Source: Candidatus Hecatella orcuttiae
GTDB lineage: Archaea; Thermoproteota; Bathyarchaeia; Hecatellales; Hecatellaceae
DNA: 64,000 bases
Assembly: GCA_002011035.2 (NCBI GenBank)
Contig: MTLY02000001.1
Span: forward strand, 352,001-416,000
Direction: 5' to 3'
Shown here in pieces: positions 46,922-56,689 of the stretch (positions are counted from its first letter, which is position 1; every line of letters begins with the position of its first letter). The notes beneath the pieces were generated by a model, which saw only the letters and a program-made list of their open reading frames with translations, made no database searches and was not told where the DNA came from. Both the position numbers and the translations under genes were made by a program.

Positions 46922-48472
46922 ATGAACGTTTTATATTTAAGAAAATCCTTCAAGATGGGTAGTGTATCAGGTTTGGACACAGGTATCTACAGGTCTAGAC
47001 TGAATAAGCGCTTGGAAAAGAAAGCCGCCGGCTTCCTTTCCTCCATCGACGTGGATGAAGAAATCTTTGAAGAAGACATCGACGGCACTCAAGCCCACAA
47101 CATCATGCTCTACGAGCAAGGCATCATCAAAAAGGAGGACCTGAAAAAGATCCTAGCCGCTTTGGAGAACATTCGAAACTTAAAAAGAGCGGGAAAACTC
47201 AAACTGGACATGAACTACGAGGATGTTCACGAATTCTTGGAGGCCCAAGTTCTCAGAGAGCTAGGCTACGAAGTGGGAGGAAAGCTTCACACCGGCAGGT
47301 CGAGGAACGACCAGGTAGCTTTGGACGTTCGGATGAAACTGCGGTCTAAACTAAACAGCCTGTCTTCAGCCCTCCTCAGCCTAGTTAGGGAGCTGCAAAT
47401 CTGCGCCAAGGCTAACCTCGACACCTTGATGGTCCTCTACACGCATACTCAACATGCTCAGATAGGGCTTTTTTCCCATTATCTTCTAGCTTATGGAGAT
47501 GTTCTGCTCCGAGACTTCGAAAGGATTGAAGACTGCTATCGGAGGGTAAACTTAAGCCCCTTGGGCGCTTCAGCCATCGGAGGGTCCACCTTCAACCTCA
47601 ACAGGCTTAGGACAGCTGAGCTTCTCGGCTTCGACGGCATCGTGGAAAACTCCATCGACGCTGTGAGCTCTAGGGACTTCGCCCAAGAAGCTGCGGGAGC
47701 GGTAGCTCTCTTGATGGTTAATTTGAGCAGAATCGCTGAAGACTTTGTCATCTGGTCCAGCAGCGAATTTAACTATCTGGAACTGCATGACGCCTACGCA
47801 TCCCCTTCCAGCGTTATGCCTCACAAGAAAAACCCTTGCAGCCTAGAGCTGATAAAAGCCAAGGCCGGCTTAACCCTGGGCACTTTGACCAACATGCTGG
47901 CAACAGTAAAGGGAGTACCCACCGGCTACAGCCGAGACCTTCAAGAAACCAAGGCTCCCCTTTGGCTTTGCCTAAGAGAGGCTGAATCCGCTCTAGAAGT
48001 TTTAACCGGCATTGTCCGCAGTCTCAAAGTGAATAGAAAGCGAATGCGGGAAGTGGCGATGGAAAGCCATGCTTCAGCCGTGAACTTGGCTGAGGGTCTC
48101 GTTAAGGAAACAGGCTTATCCTTCAGGCAAGCGCACATGCTGGTTGGCAGGCTGGTGAAGGAAACGGTGAACAAAGGACTTAAGTTGACTGACCTAAATC
48201 CTAAGGCTTTAGCGAAGCTGTCGAAGGAAATTCTGGGGAAAAAGATAGAAATTTCTGAAAACCTTTTCACGAAACTTGTCAACCCGAAGCTTTTCCCCAA
48301 ACGCCTTTCCACCTTGGGGAGTTCGAACCCAGAAGAAATTAAAAGAATGCTCAAATCTCAAGAAGCAAAGCTTGTCGAGCTTAAAAAAAGGTTGATGCTC
48401 CGTCTGAAAAAAATTGAAAAAGCTGAGGAAAGGCTGAGGAAAACAGTTAAGGCCTACCTAGCCGCGGATTAA
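46922..48472 (+). CDS. argH: argininosuccinate lyase
   Basis: EDVH, HTGRSRNDQV, SSVMPHKKNP, GYSRDLQE; start may be a downstream ATG. Confidence 0.93.
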   Translation: MNVLYLRKSFKMGSVSGLDTGIYRSRLNKRLEKKAAGFLSSIDVDEEIFEEDIDGTQAHNIMLYEQGIIKKEDLKKILAALENIRNLKRAGKLKLDMNYEDVHEFLEAQVLRELGYEVGGKLHTGRSRNDQVALDVRMKLRSKLNSLSSALLSLVRELQICAKANLDTLMVLYTHTQHAQIGLFSHYLLAYGDVLLRDFERIEDCYRRVNLSPLGASAIGGSTFNLNRLRTAELLGFDGIVENSIDAVSSRDFAQEAAGAVALLMVNLSRIAEDFVIWSSSEFNYLELHDAYASPSSVMPHKKNPCSLELIKAKAGLTLGTLTNMLATVKGVPTGYSRDLQETKAPLWLCLREAESALEVLTGIVRSLKVNRKRMREVAMESHASAVNLAEGLVKETGLSFRQAHMLVGRLVKETVNKGLKLTDLNPKALAKLSKEILGKKIEISENLFTKLVNPKLFPKRLSTLGSSNPEEIKRMLKSQEAKLVELKKRLMLRLKKIEKAEERLRKTVKAYLAAD

Positions 48473-48564
48473 GTTACGGTGTTGGTGGGTGACTTTTTCC
48501 CTCTCATCAGCCGCTAGGAAACTTTAAGTCTGACTGCGCACCCATCCCATCGAGATGAGTTAAG

Positions 48565-49779
48565 ACGGAAAGCCGAACCATAAGTTTCCTCCGGGAAAAA
48601 TTTAGAGAATATTATTCGAAAAACTCCGATAAAATCAAGCCTCCCAAGGCTTTGGGGCAGAGAGAATTCGGGTTCATCCTTTTTGGAAGAGAAAAGTCCA
48701 TGGTTCGCCATCGAAGATTCGAAAGCCGCCATCAACTGGTCGATTTTTTGATAAACTTAACCCCCTCCGATGTCTATTACTCCTCAGCCTACTACGAGAA
48801 ACCAGACGAAGAAAAAATGAAGGAGAAAGGATGGCTGGGAGCTGACTTGGTGTTCGACATAGACTGCGACGACCTTCGAACTCCTTGCAAAAAAACCCAT
48901 GACGCTTGGAAATGTTTAGACTGTGGAAAGACGGATGTGGGATTTGAGCCTGAACACTGCCCTAGATGTGAGAGTAGGAGAATCGACGTAGACCGCTGGG
49001 TTTGCGACTTATGCCTAGAAGCCGCCAAACAGGAATGTTTAAAGCTTCTATCCTTTTTGGAAGAAGACTTCGGCTTCCCCAGCCAGAGCATATCCATAGC
49101 CTTCTCCGGACACCGAGGCTACCACATTCATGTGGAAGAAGACACGGTGAAAAAGCTGGGTTCAGAAGAGCGAAAGGAAATCATCGACTACGTGACAGCC
49201 ACAGGACTGAAACTCCAATATCCGGAAAAAAATAGGATGCCGAAGCCTCTTCTATCCGAGAAGGGGTGGGAAGGCCGACTAGCCCGGACGCTCTATACCA
49301 TGTTCCAAAAAAGAGAAAGTCAACTCTTAGAAAACGGCCTGAGAAAAAGCATCGTGGCAATTATCTCTGAACAAAGAGATAAACTTCTCGAATGGCTTCA
49401 CTCAGAAACCGAGACTGAACCGTTGCCTTTAAAGAAGAAGGTATGGGAGGAACTCTTGGCAAAAGCTGTTGACGATGCAACCGCAGCCGTAGACACGGTT
49501 GTTACCACGGATATCCACCGCCTCATCCGAATGCCCACCACCCTCCATGGAAAAACAGGTTTAAAAGTAGCAGAAGTAGACGCAAACAGCCTACCCAGCT
49601 TCAAGCCTTTGACCGATTCCCTAGTGTTGAAGGGAGAAAATGTCAAAATAAAAATTTTACACTCAAAACCTCTAACCTTAGGGGAGAAAGTTTACCAGCT
49701 ACCAGCCGGAGAATCGGTAAAACTTCCTTTAGCTGAGGCCGTGTTCTTAGTTGGCACGGGAAAAGCTGTTTTGGCGTGA
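48565..49779 (+). CDS. priS: DNA primase small subunit (conserved N-terminus lies upstream of the first canonical start at 48652)
   Basis: FREYY, REFGF, ADLVFDID, SGHRGYH, DIHRLIR.P.TLHGK. Confidence 0.92.
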   Translation, partial: TESRTISFLREKFREYYSKNSDKIKPPKALGQREFGFILFGREKSMVRHRRFESRHQLVDFLINLTPSDVYYSSAYYEKPDEEKMKEKGWLGADLVFDIDCDDLRTPCKKTHDAWKCLDCGKTDVGFEPEHCPRCESRRIDVDRWVCDLCLEAAKQECLKLLSFLEEDFGFPSQSISIAFSGHRGYHIHVEEDTVKKLGSEERKEIIDYVTATGLKLQYPEKNRMPKPLLSEKGWEGRLARTLYTMFQKRESQLLENGLRKSIVAIISEQRDKLLEWLHSETETEPLPLKKKVWEELLAKAVDDATAAVDTVVTTDIHRLIRMPTTLHGKTGLKVAEVDANSLPSFKPLTDSLVLKGENVKIKILHSKPLTLGEKVYQLPAGESVKLPLAEAVFLVGTGKAVLA

Positions 49780-49891
49780 AGCCGGCTCTTTCTGCAGGTT
49801 TGTTCCTCCAAGATTAGAACACTCCTGACTATCGAAACACTTAAATTAACATTCGACTTATCGAGAGAAAGTACGCTAAAGGTGATGAAAT

Positions 49892-51193
49892 CTGAGTAAA
49901 ACGGAAGAAATTCTCAACAAGTATAAAACTTACGTGCAACAATGTTACCCGCCGGGGGACACCATAGTTTTTGTAGAAGGAAAAAACGTTATCCTCCAAG
50001 ACATTGAAGGCCGAACGTATCTTGATTGCTTTTCAGGCGTTGCAGTTAACAACGTGGGTCAATGCCATCCGAAGGTTGTTAAGGCGATCCAAGAGCAAGC
50101 CGCAAAAATGCTCCATGTGGCGTTTCTCTACCATAATGTTCCCATGATTACACTTGCCGAGAAACTGGTACAGGTCTCGCCTAAAGGTTTAACTAAATGC
50201 TTTTTTGCAGGAGGAGGCGCTGAAGCCGTGGAGGGCGCTGTAAAACTAGCTAAAAAATATGCGGTAGTCAACGGTAAAGCTGGGCTTCAAATAATATCCT
50301 TAGAGCATTCTTTCCATGGCAGAACAGCTTTAGCGCTAACACTTACCGGGCAGTCAAAATATAAAGTGAATCAGGGAGCCTTTGCGAATGTTCCCGGCGT
50401 GATCTATGCGCCTGCACCCTACTGTTATAGGTGTGTTTTGGAATATCCAGACTGCGGCCTATGGTGCGCTAAGTTCATTGAAGAGGTGATTGAGCTTAAA
50501 ACAACCAAACAGGTTGCAGCCTTCATCATGGAAACAGTGCTCGGAGAAGGGGGAATAATAGTTCCTCCAAAAGAATACTTGACAGCTGTTAGAAAAATCT
50601 GCGACGAATATGGAATACTGTTGATTCTAGATGAAATCCAGTCCGGCTGCGGACGGGTGGGGAAAATGTTCGCCTGCGAACATTACGAAGTTACACCAGA
50701 CATAATGGTTGTCGGGAAGGGGGTCGGCGGAGGTATGCCGCTTAGCGCAGTCGTTGCAAAGGAGAAAGTTGCCGCAGCATGGACTGCCGGGGACCATACA
50801 CATACATTTAGCGGTCACCCGGTTGTTTGCGCAGCAGGCATTGCCGCTCTTGAGGTTTTAGCTGAAGAGAAACTTCCAGAAAACGCTGAGAAAGTAGGAA
50901 GTCATATCCTCCAAGGACTGCATTCCCTGAAAGAAAAACATGCGTTAATAGGGGATGTACGGGGACTTGGTCTGATGATAGGAGTGGAACTTGTAAAAGA
51001 TAGGAAAAAGAAAACGCCAGCAACAGAGGAGGCTTCGAAGATTAAAAGCGCAATGGTTAAGCGCGGTATACTGATAGGCGTAGGCGGATTAAAGAAAAAC
51101 GTTTTAAGAATTCAGCCACCGTTAACACTGACGGTAGAACACGCGGACATGTTAATCGACGCATTAGACAAATCGTTCACGGAACTCAGCTAA
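49892..51193 (+). CDS. class III PLP aminotransferase
   Basis: GAEAVEGA, SFHGRT, DEIQSGCGR, GKGVGGG; start CTG 49892 or GTG 49934. Confidence 0.9.
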   Translation: MSKTEEILNKYKTYVQQCYPPGDTIVFVEGKNVILQDIEGRTYLDCFSGVAVNNVGQCHPKVVKAIQEQAAKMLHVAFLYHNVPMITLAEKLVQVSPKGLTKCFFAGGGAEAVEGAVKLAKKYAVVNGKAGLQIISLEHSFHGRTALALTLTGQSKYKVNQGAFANVPGVIYAPAPYCYRCVLEYPDCGLWCAKFIEEVIELKTTKQVAAFIMETVLGEGGIIVPPKEYLTAVRKICDEYGILLILDEIQSGCGRVGKMFACEHYEVTPDIMVVGKGVGGGMPLSAVVAKEKVAAAWTAGDHTHTFSGHPVVCAAGIAALEVLAEEKLPENAEKVGSHILQGLHSLKEKHALIGDVRGLGLMIGVELVKDRKKKTPATEEASKIKSAMVKRGILIGVGGLKKNVLRIQPPLTLTVEHADMLIDALDKSFTELS

Positions 51194-51208
51194 TCGGATT
51201 GTAACTTT

Positions 51209-52216
51209 TCATCTGACGACAACATAATCTTCGCTTATTTTTTCCTCAACCTCTTCCGTCGCTTTTAAGGCTTCGTCTACTGAAACGGGTACAAATCTAT
51301 GCACATCTCCAGCAAAGGATTGCCCGAGTTTTGAAATGTCAATACCAACAACCGTCGCTGGTTTAGCGAATCCTCCCAATGTTATCGCGTCAACAACCAA
51401 GCATATCAGTTGTGTGGAACACCATTGAAGACTACCGGGAATCGTTGGGTCGTCAACGATATTAGAAGGATCTTTACCTACAACTTTTTGTAGGTATTCA
51501 GGTACAGGTTTGAAATCTAGCTTCGGCCCAACGTACCTATAGCCAACCCTGTCAGCTTTGAGTGAAACTTCCCATTCTGTTTTAAGAAAGAGGTCTATGC
51601 TTTCCTCCGTAAACAGATAATCTTGAGGCCCGAGTATTACCCGGATTTCCTGCCGATGAGGGTAGACTGGAATCTCTCTTTTCTTAAATTCTCTTCCTTC
51701 AAGCTCCTTGAGGGGTCTTTTGGGTTCACCTACTTCTATTATATCGCCGCTTTTCAGGGGTCTTCCCCCTAGGCCTCCAATTCTCCCCCGAACGTAAGTA
51801 GACCTACTCCCAAAGTATTGCGGGACATTTATCCCTCCTGCGACACAGAGGTAAGCTCTGCAACCACTCCTCGGAAAATTGAAGGATAGAATCTCCCCTT
51901 TCCTAAAGGTTATAGCTTTCCACATAGGTACGAATTCATTGTTTAATATGGGAGTTAAATCTGCGCCAGTTATGCTTATGACCATGTCTTTTAGCGCCCT
52001 AACTTTGAATCTAGCCGACATAATCTCTATTCCAGCGTCGCCTGGTTTTCTACCGAGCAGCGGGCCTCCAGTATCGTTTCCTACAAGTAGGTTTCCAATT
52101 CTGAAGGCGAAATTGTCGAAGGCTCCAGAGGGGGGAATACCTATAGCTTGGTACCCAGCTCGTCCACAATCTTGAATGGTTGTTTGAATCCCCCCGTCGA
52201 GGATTTCAAGCATCAA
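51209..52216 (-). CDS. PxpC/KipA-like (allophanate hydrolase subunit 2) protein
   Basis: TTIQD.GR.G, GAFD..A..N.LVGN, GCRAYL.V.GG, GSRST, ADRVGYR. Confidence 0.85.
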   Translation of the reverse strand: MMLEILDGGIQTTIQDCGRAGYQAIGIPPSGAFDNFAFRIGNLLVGNDTGGPLLGRKPGDAGIEIMSARFKVRALKDMVISITGADLTPILNNEFVPMWKAITFRKGEILSFNFPRSGCRAYLCVAGGINVPQYFGSRSTYVRGRIGGLGGRPLKSGDIIEVGEPKRPLKELEGREFKKREIPVYPHRQEIRVILGPQDYLFTEESIDLFLKTEWEVSLKADRVGYRYVGPKLDFKPVPEYLQKVVGKDPSNIVDDPTIPGSLQWCSTQLICLVVDAITLGGFAKPATVVGIDISKLGQSFAGDVHRFVPVSVDEALKATEEVEEKISEDYVVVR

Positions 52217-53085
52217 ATTTTCCCTCCATACTTCTCCAGATATTCTTTTACGTTAAAGGTTTCAGATTTGATGTTAGCCTCATAGTCACAGGTTCCTTCC
52301 TCAACTTTTCTCCTTATTTCCCGGTACTCATCTTCACCTATGGGAATAAACCTCACACGATCGCCTACTTTGATGAAGACAGGGGAATCTTTGAAGATCC
52401 TGTTTTTCTGTTCAGGTTCATAGGTATTCCAAGGAGATATACCGATCAGGGGGATGCCTCCCGCCCCCCGGATGGAGTACATGCAGAAAAATATTCCAGC
52501 TGTACCTATGGCGCCTGCATTGGGAGGAGTCCATGTTCTCGGAATCTTGTATTTCGGCCCAACGATTCTCACACTTGGATCTAGAGGAGCCGCCGTCCAG
52601 AAACCCGGCGTGAAACCTACAGCCACAACCCACCAATCAGTACCTGAATGCTTCTTTATCAGTTCATCGACGGTCATTCCGTTGTATTTCGCCAAAAACT
52701 CTATGTTTGTTTCGCACCCTCCCCCATAATCATGAGGCCAATTGTCCCAGTGAGCTTTCGCGCATTCCCGGGTGTAAGGGTCATCGTACCAGAAAGGCCA
52801 TTTGATAAGCCTTGAAGGCAGTTCTTTAAGCTCTTTCATTTCCGATTCTACTTTTTTTAACTCTTTAACAAGTTTTTCTCTGCTTATTACCTTTGGGTCG
52901 TAGATAACAGCTAGAGACCTGATAACAGGGTTAACTTCTACAATTCCAGGTATGTCGCTTTCCTTTATGGCTAAATTGAAAGCTACGACACGAAAGTTTA
53001 AGAGGAGACTTGGCTCGTCTCCAAATTCGATAAGAACACTTTTTTCGCCAAGAGGCCTATAGGCTGTTTTCTTGTAGACAACCAT
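52213..53085 (-). CDS. PxpB/KipI-like (allophanate hydrolase subunit 1) protein
   Basis: GEKSVLIEFG, VGFTPG, PKY..PRTWTP, GGIPLIG, GDRVRF. Confidence 0.85.
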   Translation of the reverse strand: MVVYKKTAYRPLGEKSVLIEFGDEPSLLLNFRVVAFNLAIKESDIPGIVEVNPVIRSLAVIYDPKVISREKLVKELKKVESEMKELKELPSRLIKWPFWYDDPYTRECAKAHWDNWPHDYGGGCETNIEFLAKYNGMTVDELIKKHSGTDWWVVAVGFTPGFWTAAPLDPSVRIVGPKYKIPRTWTPPNAGAIGTAGIFFCMYSIRGAGGIPLIGISPWNTYEPEQKNRIFKDSPVFIKVGDRVRFIPIGEDEYREIRRKVEEGTCDYEANIKSETFNVKEYLEKYGGKI

Positions 53086-53130
53086 ACTGGCACCTTCAAT
53101 TTATGGTGAAGAAAAAATTTGAAGGGAGCT

Positions 53131-54093
53131 TCAAGGCTTGCCCTTCTTTTCGTACTCTATACAGAGTTTAAACCCTTCGGTAGGCTGGTATTTTGGCTCG
53201 TATCCCAGTTCTCGACGGGCTCTTTCGATACTTATATGCCCAGTTGCGCAATCCCATTCAGGAACCAATCCCGGCCCAATTTCTATGACGGCGTCCGGTA
53301 TGAGCTTCTTGATTATCTCCGCAACTTCACCCACAGTATGGGGTTTACCCAAAGCAATGTTGAAAACTCTGTGTTCAAGCTTATCCGGTTCAACGTCAAG
53401 AGCCTTTAAAACTCCTTGAACAACGTCAAAAACACATACCGGGTCGAACCTTAGATCCCGTCCCCTAGGCAGCTTAGTTGGGATACCGTGGATTGCGTTT
53501 ACCAAGATCGATAGAGGTTCTTCGCCGGGCGGCTGCCCTGGACCGTAGACTGCTGAGGGTCGGATGGATATCACATCTAACCCGTAGAGGGCATAATATA
53601 GAGCGCCCCACCTTTCAGCCAAGTATTTTGTCACGTTGTAGACACCTTCAAGGGGGTTGCACGGATGGTCTTCATCTACAGGCTCATATTGAGTTTTTCC
53701 ATAAACCCAGTAAGAACTGAAGTTTACCACCCTTTTAATTCCTGTGAGCCTCGCAGCTTCAAATATATTCGCTGAGCCTATCACGTTAACGTTTATGGTC
53801 CTCATCGGCTGTAGATGGGTTCCAGCTCTCCAACCAATGGCCGCCGTGTGAACTATTTTTTCAACCTTGTTTTCTCTTAGAGTGGAGATTATGTAAGCGA
53901 GGTCTAATAGGTCTCCTCTCACGATTTTCAGGCTGTCTTCCTTAAGCCCAGCGAATCTTCGCATGTCCGGGGCTACATCGTAGACTACAACCTTATCTCC
54001 CCGTTCAACCAGAGCTCTGACTACCTGGGAACCTATGAATCCTCCACCTGTTAACAAAACTGTTGTCACAGCTTTATTCCTCCGAACCGACAT
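53131..54093 (-). CDS. NAD-dependent epimerase/dehydratase (extended SDR)
   Basis: TGGGFIG, YNVTK, VYGPG, ARRELGYEP. Confidence 0.88.
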   Translation of the reverse strand: MSVRRNKAVTTVLLTGGGFIGSQVVRALVERGDKVVVYDVAPDMRRFAGLKEDSLKIVRGDLLDLAYIISTLRENKVEKIVHTAAIGWRAGTHLQPMRTINVNVIGSANIFEAARLTGIKRVVNFSSYWVYGKTQYEPVDEDHPCNPLEGVYNVTKYLAERWGALYYALYGLDVISIRPSAVYGPGQPPGEEPLSILVNAIHGIPTKLPRGRDLRFDPVCVFDVVQGVLKALDVEPDKLEHRVFNIALGKPHTVGEVAEIIKKLIPDAVIEIGPGLVPEWDCATGHISIERARRELGYEPKYQPTEGFKLCIEYEKKGKP

Positions 54094-54334
54094 TTCTCTA
54101 TATGAATAGTGAAAGAGTTAGCTTTTTAACTCTTATGCCATTTTTTATTATAAAAAACCGGCTACAGTTCTTCCAGCAAATTGTTCGCCTTCGAGCTTCT
54201 AAAAGGCTCTTTCACGGTGAAAGTTATCCGGTAAGTTGGAACATAGCTGAGAACCTTGCCCTTCTGACGGAGGTGTTCGGAAAGGTTCCGTTTAAAACTT
54301 TCGCCTCTAGGGCTACCAGCGGCTGTTTGTTACT

Positions 54335-54712
54335 TTAAGCTCGCTGAGTAGGAGATGGCGCTTCTTTCGACTCTATTATCTTTAAATTTATTTGCGCCGT
54401 GTCCTCGGTTATCATATTACCTCTGATGGTCTTTCTCCTTCTCTCCCCTTCCCTTTTGGGCTTAAATCCCGTTCCTCCGCTTAAAATCACTTTCGCCTTG
54501 ACTCCGCCGTGAACGTCTTCTCTTAGGGGGAAGCCGTCTTTGTCGGTTCCTCCGGTGATCCGCAGTTTAACGCCGCTAAGCCCTACTACTGAGCCGTCTA
54601 GTTCTTCCCCCAGCCGTCTCCCCAACAGAGGGACGGCTTTGGCTCCTTCCAGCTCTACTGAGTTGGATTTTCCTGTTTTAGGGTCGGATATCGCTAGCTT
54701 AAATTTGGCCAT
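54335..54712 (-). CDS. rps6e: 30S ribosomal protein S6e
   Basis: ITGGTDKDGFP, GERRRKTIRGN. Confidence 0.96.
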   Translation of the reverse strand: MAKFKLAISDPKTGKSNSVELEGAKAVPLLGRRLGEELDGSVVGLSGVKLRITGGTDKDGFPLREDVHGGVKAKVILSGGTGFKPKREGERRRKTIRGNMITEDTAQINLKIIESKEAPSPTQRA

Positions 54713-54849
54713 AGGGCTTCTCCTAGGGGCTTTTACATGTTTCGAGTGAAGTGTAGCATTATGGGTGCAGAAGTATATTAGTTTTCTTGAAAAGTTCGGA
54801 GAAACTTTAGAAGAGGCGGCTGCTTAGGTAAAGGTGGAGAGTAAGCTGT

Positions 54850-55989
54850 ATGAAAGAAAGCATCATGCACATGAGTGTAGATGATCTCAGAACTGAACCT
54901 TTGCTGGTTTCTTCTACGGACCCTCTCACCCGGGTGGTGGGTTTTCTCAAGAAAATGAAATCCTATGAGGCTTTAGTAGTCTCAGAAGGGAAAGTGGGTT
55001 TAATTACTACTAGGGATATCATCACCGCCATATATGCGCCGAACATGAAGGTGAAAAGCTTGGTAAAGATCGTCCCTAGGCTTTCCCGGAAAGATACGGT
55101 GGCTAAGGCTGCGAAAATGATGTCTCAACACAGGATTAGGGTCTTACCTGTCATGGAGCGGGGAGAAATTTTAGGTCAAGTTACAGCTCAGACCATCATC
55201 CGCCAGATGCACCAAGCTGGAGCTTGGAAGCTTAAGGCTAAAGCTGTTATGACCGATAGGCCTGTGACCGTGAAGGCTGAGGACCCCATTGCCAAGGCTC
55301 GAAGCCTCATGGTTAAGATGCAGATAGATCATCTTCCAGTTTTGGAGAACGGTAAGCTTGTGGGAATGCTTACTTCCAGCGATATTGTTTCCAGCCTTTA
55401 CCCGGTTAAGGCTACTGAGATGGGGGCGTGGGTCATGGAGAAACAGAAACGGCTGAAGATGCCTGTGAAGGAACTTGCCAGCTCCCAGATGGCGGTCTGT
55501 GGGTTGGATGAGAGCCTTTCCTCCCTCATGGAAAAACTTCTGAACCAAAACTTCACCTACGTCATGGTCACGCTTTGGGATGAACCTCAGGGGATCATTA
55601 CCTATAGAGATGTCGTAAACCTTGTGGCTGAACCGGCGGCTACTCAGGATATCCCCCTCTACATCATCGGACTTCCAGAGGACCCTTTCGAGGCGGAAGC
55701 GGCTAAAACTAAGTTTATCAGAACGGTAAGTTTACTGAGCCGGAGTTATCCGAGGATTATGGAGGCTCGGTCCACCATCAAAACTTCAGCTTCTGGGGAA
55801 AACAGGCAAAGGCGCCGATATGAGGTGAAGGTGAAGATAAAGACTGATAAGAGAGCTTTTGCCTTCACAGAAAGCGGCTGGGAGCTGCCTCAGATTTTCG
55901 ACCTCGTATCTGGCAGAATTAAAAAGCTTATGGGAAGAAAAACCGTCAGAAGGCCTTCCGTCAGATATGATGAAAAAACCGGGGAATAA
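54850..55989 (+). CDS. four-CBS-domain protein with C-terminal HPF/RaiA-like domain (putative ribosome hibernation factor)
   Basis: Repeated CBS motifs (GLITTRDI, IDHLPV, GIITYRD); C-terminal YEVKVKI..ESGWELPQIFD. Confidence 0.7.
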   Translation: MKESIMHMSVDDLRTEPLLVSSTDPLTRVVGFLKKMKSYEALVVSEGKVGLITTRDIITAIYAPNMKVKSLVKIVPRLSRKDTVAKAAKMMSQHRIRVLPVMERGEILGQVTAQTIIRQMHQAGAWKLKAKAVMTDRPVTVKAEDPIAKARSLMVKMQIDHLPVLENGKLVGMLTSSDIVSSLYPVKATEMGAWVMEKQKRLKMPVKELASSQMAVCGLDESLSSLMEKLLNQNFTYVMVTLWDEPQGIITYRDVVNLVAEPAATQDIPLYIIGLPEDPFEAEAAKTKFIRTVSLLSRSYPRIMEARSTIKTSASGENRQRRRYEVKVKIKTDKRAFAFTESGWELPQIFDLVSGRIKKLMGRKTVRRPSVRYDEKTGE

Positions 55990-56076
55990 GCTCTCATCTC
56001 CTAAGTGCCGGTAGAAAACTTTTTCAACCAGACTTTCTAATGCGTGCTTAGAGCAGCCAGCTTCGGGGTAGGAGCT

Positions 56077-56295
56077 ATGGTGAGATGCGCAAGTTGTGGT
56101 TTGGAAATAAAGGAGCCTATAAAGACGTGGACGGTTACCCTTGGGAAAGTGAAGAGAACGAAGATAACCTACGGCACCTTCCAATGTGATAAATGCCGCA
56201 GAAAATTTAAAGCTACGATTAAGAAGGAGGAAACCTCCCCTGAGCCGAGGCAGACATCAGCCTTTCCACCGCCCTACGTGACCATGATAGTATAA
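56077..56295 (+). CDS. Cren7-like small basic zinc-binding protein
   Basis: CASCG..PIKTW..YGTFQCDKCRRKF; GGAG SD before ATG 56077. Confidence 0.6.
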   Translation: MVRCASCGLEIKEPIKTWTVTLGKVKRTKITYGTFQCDKCRRKFKATIKKEETSPEPRQTSAFPPPYVTMIV

Positions 56296-56463
56296 TCCGC
56301 AGCCAGATCTAGATTCGCCGAAAAAGTTCAACGAGGCCGGACTGTTTTCTGTCTTCGGTCTCCCAACCGGCAAAACTAGCTTGAGTGAATACAGTCTTTA
56401 AGCTTCGTTTTTTGGAGTCTAAAGTTCAAAAGATATAAGCAGAGGAAACATAATTTTTTAGAA

Positions 56464-56576
56464 GGGCCCGTGGCGCAGCTGGATAGAAAGCCCCCCATAA
56501 AGCGCATCGGCCCTCTATGCGTAACAAGCTCGGGGGAAGCCGGGGGTCAGGGGTTCGAATCCCCTCGGGCCCGCCA
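56464..56576 (+). tRNA. tRNA-Arg(UCU) with a D-loop intron (56485-56500) and a canonical 37/38 intron (56518-56537); C at position 33
   Basis: GGGCCCG/CGGGCCC acceptor, G73+CCA, A20, TCGGC/GCCGG anticodon stem, TTCGAAT T-loop, BHB CCTC/GGGG. Confidence 0.82.
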
Positions 56577-56689
56577 CTTTTTGATGAGGAATCGACTTTA
56601 GTTATCTTGATTTTTGGTGTTGCTTGTCGTGGACTTTTATTCGAGTCATCTTGCTCGTTGCGCTGTGATCTACTGTATGCCCGGATGTT

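Noticed and set aside
46922-48472. argH interrupting the pcn-priL-priS string as a mobile insertion
   Set aside because: No repeats or mobility genes; ordinary rearrangement is sufficient
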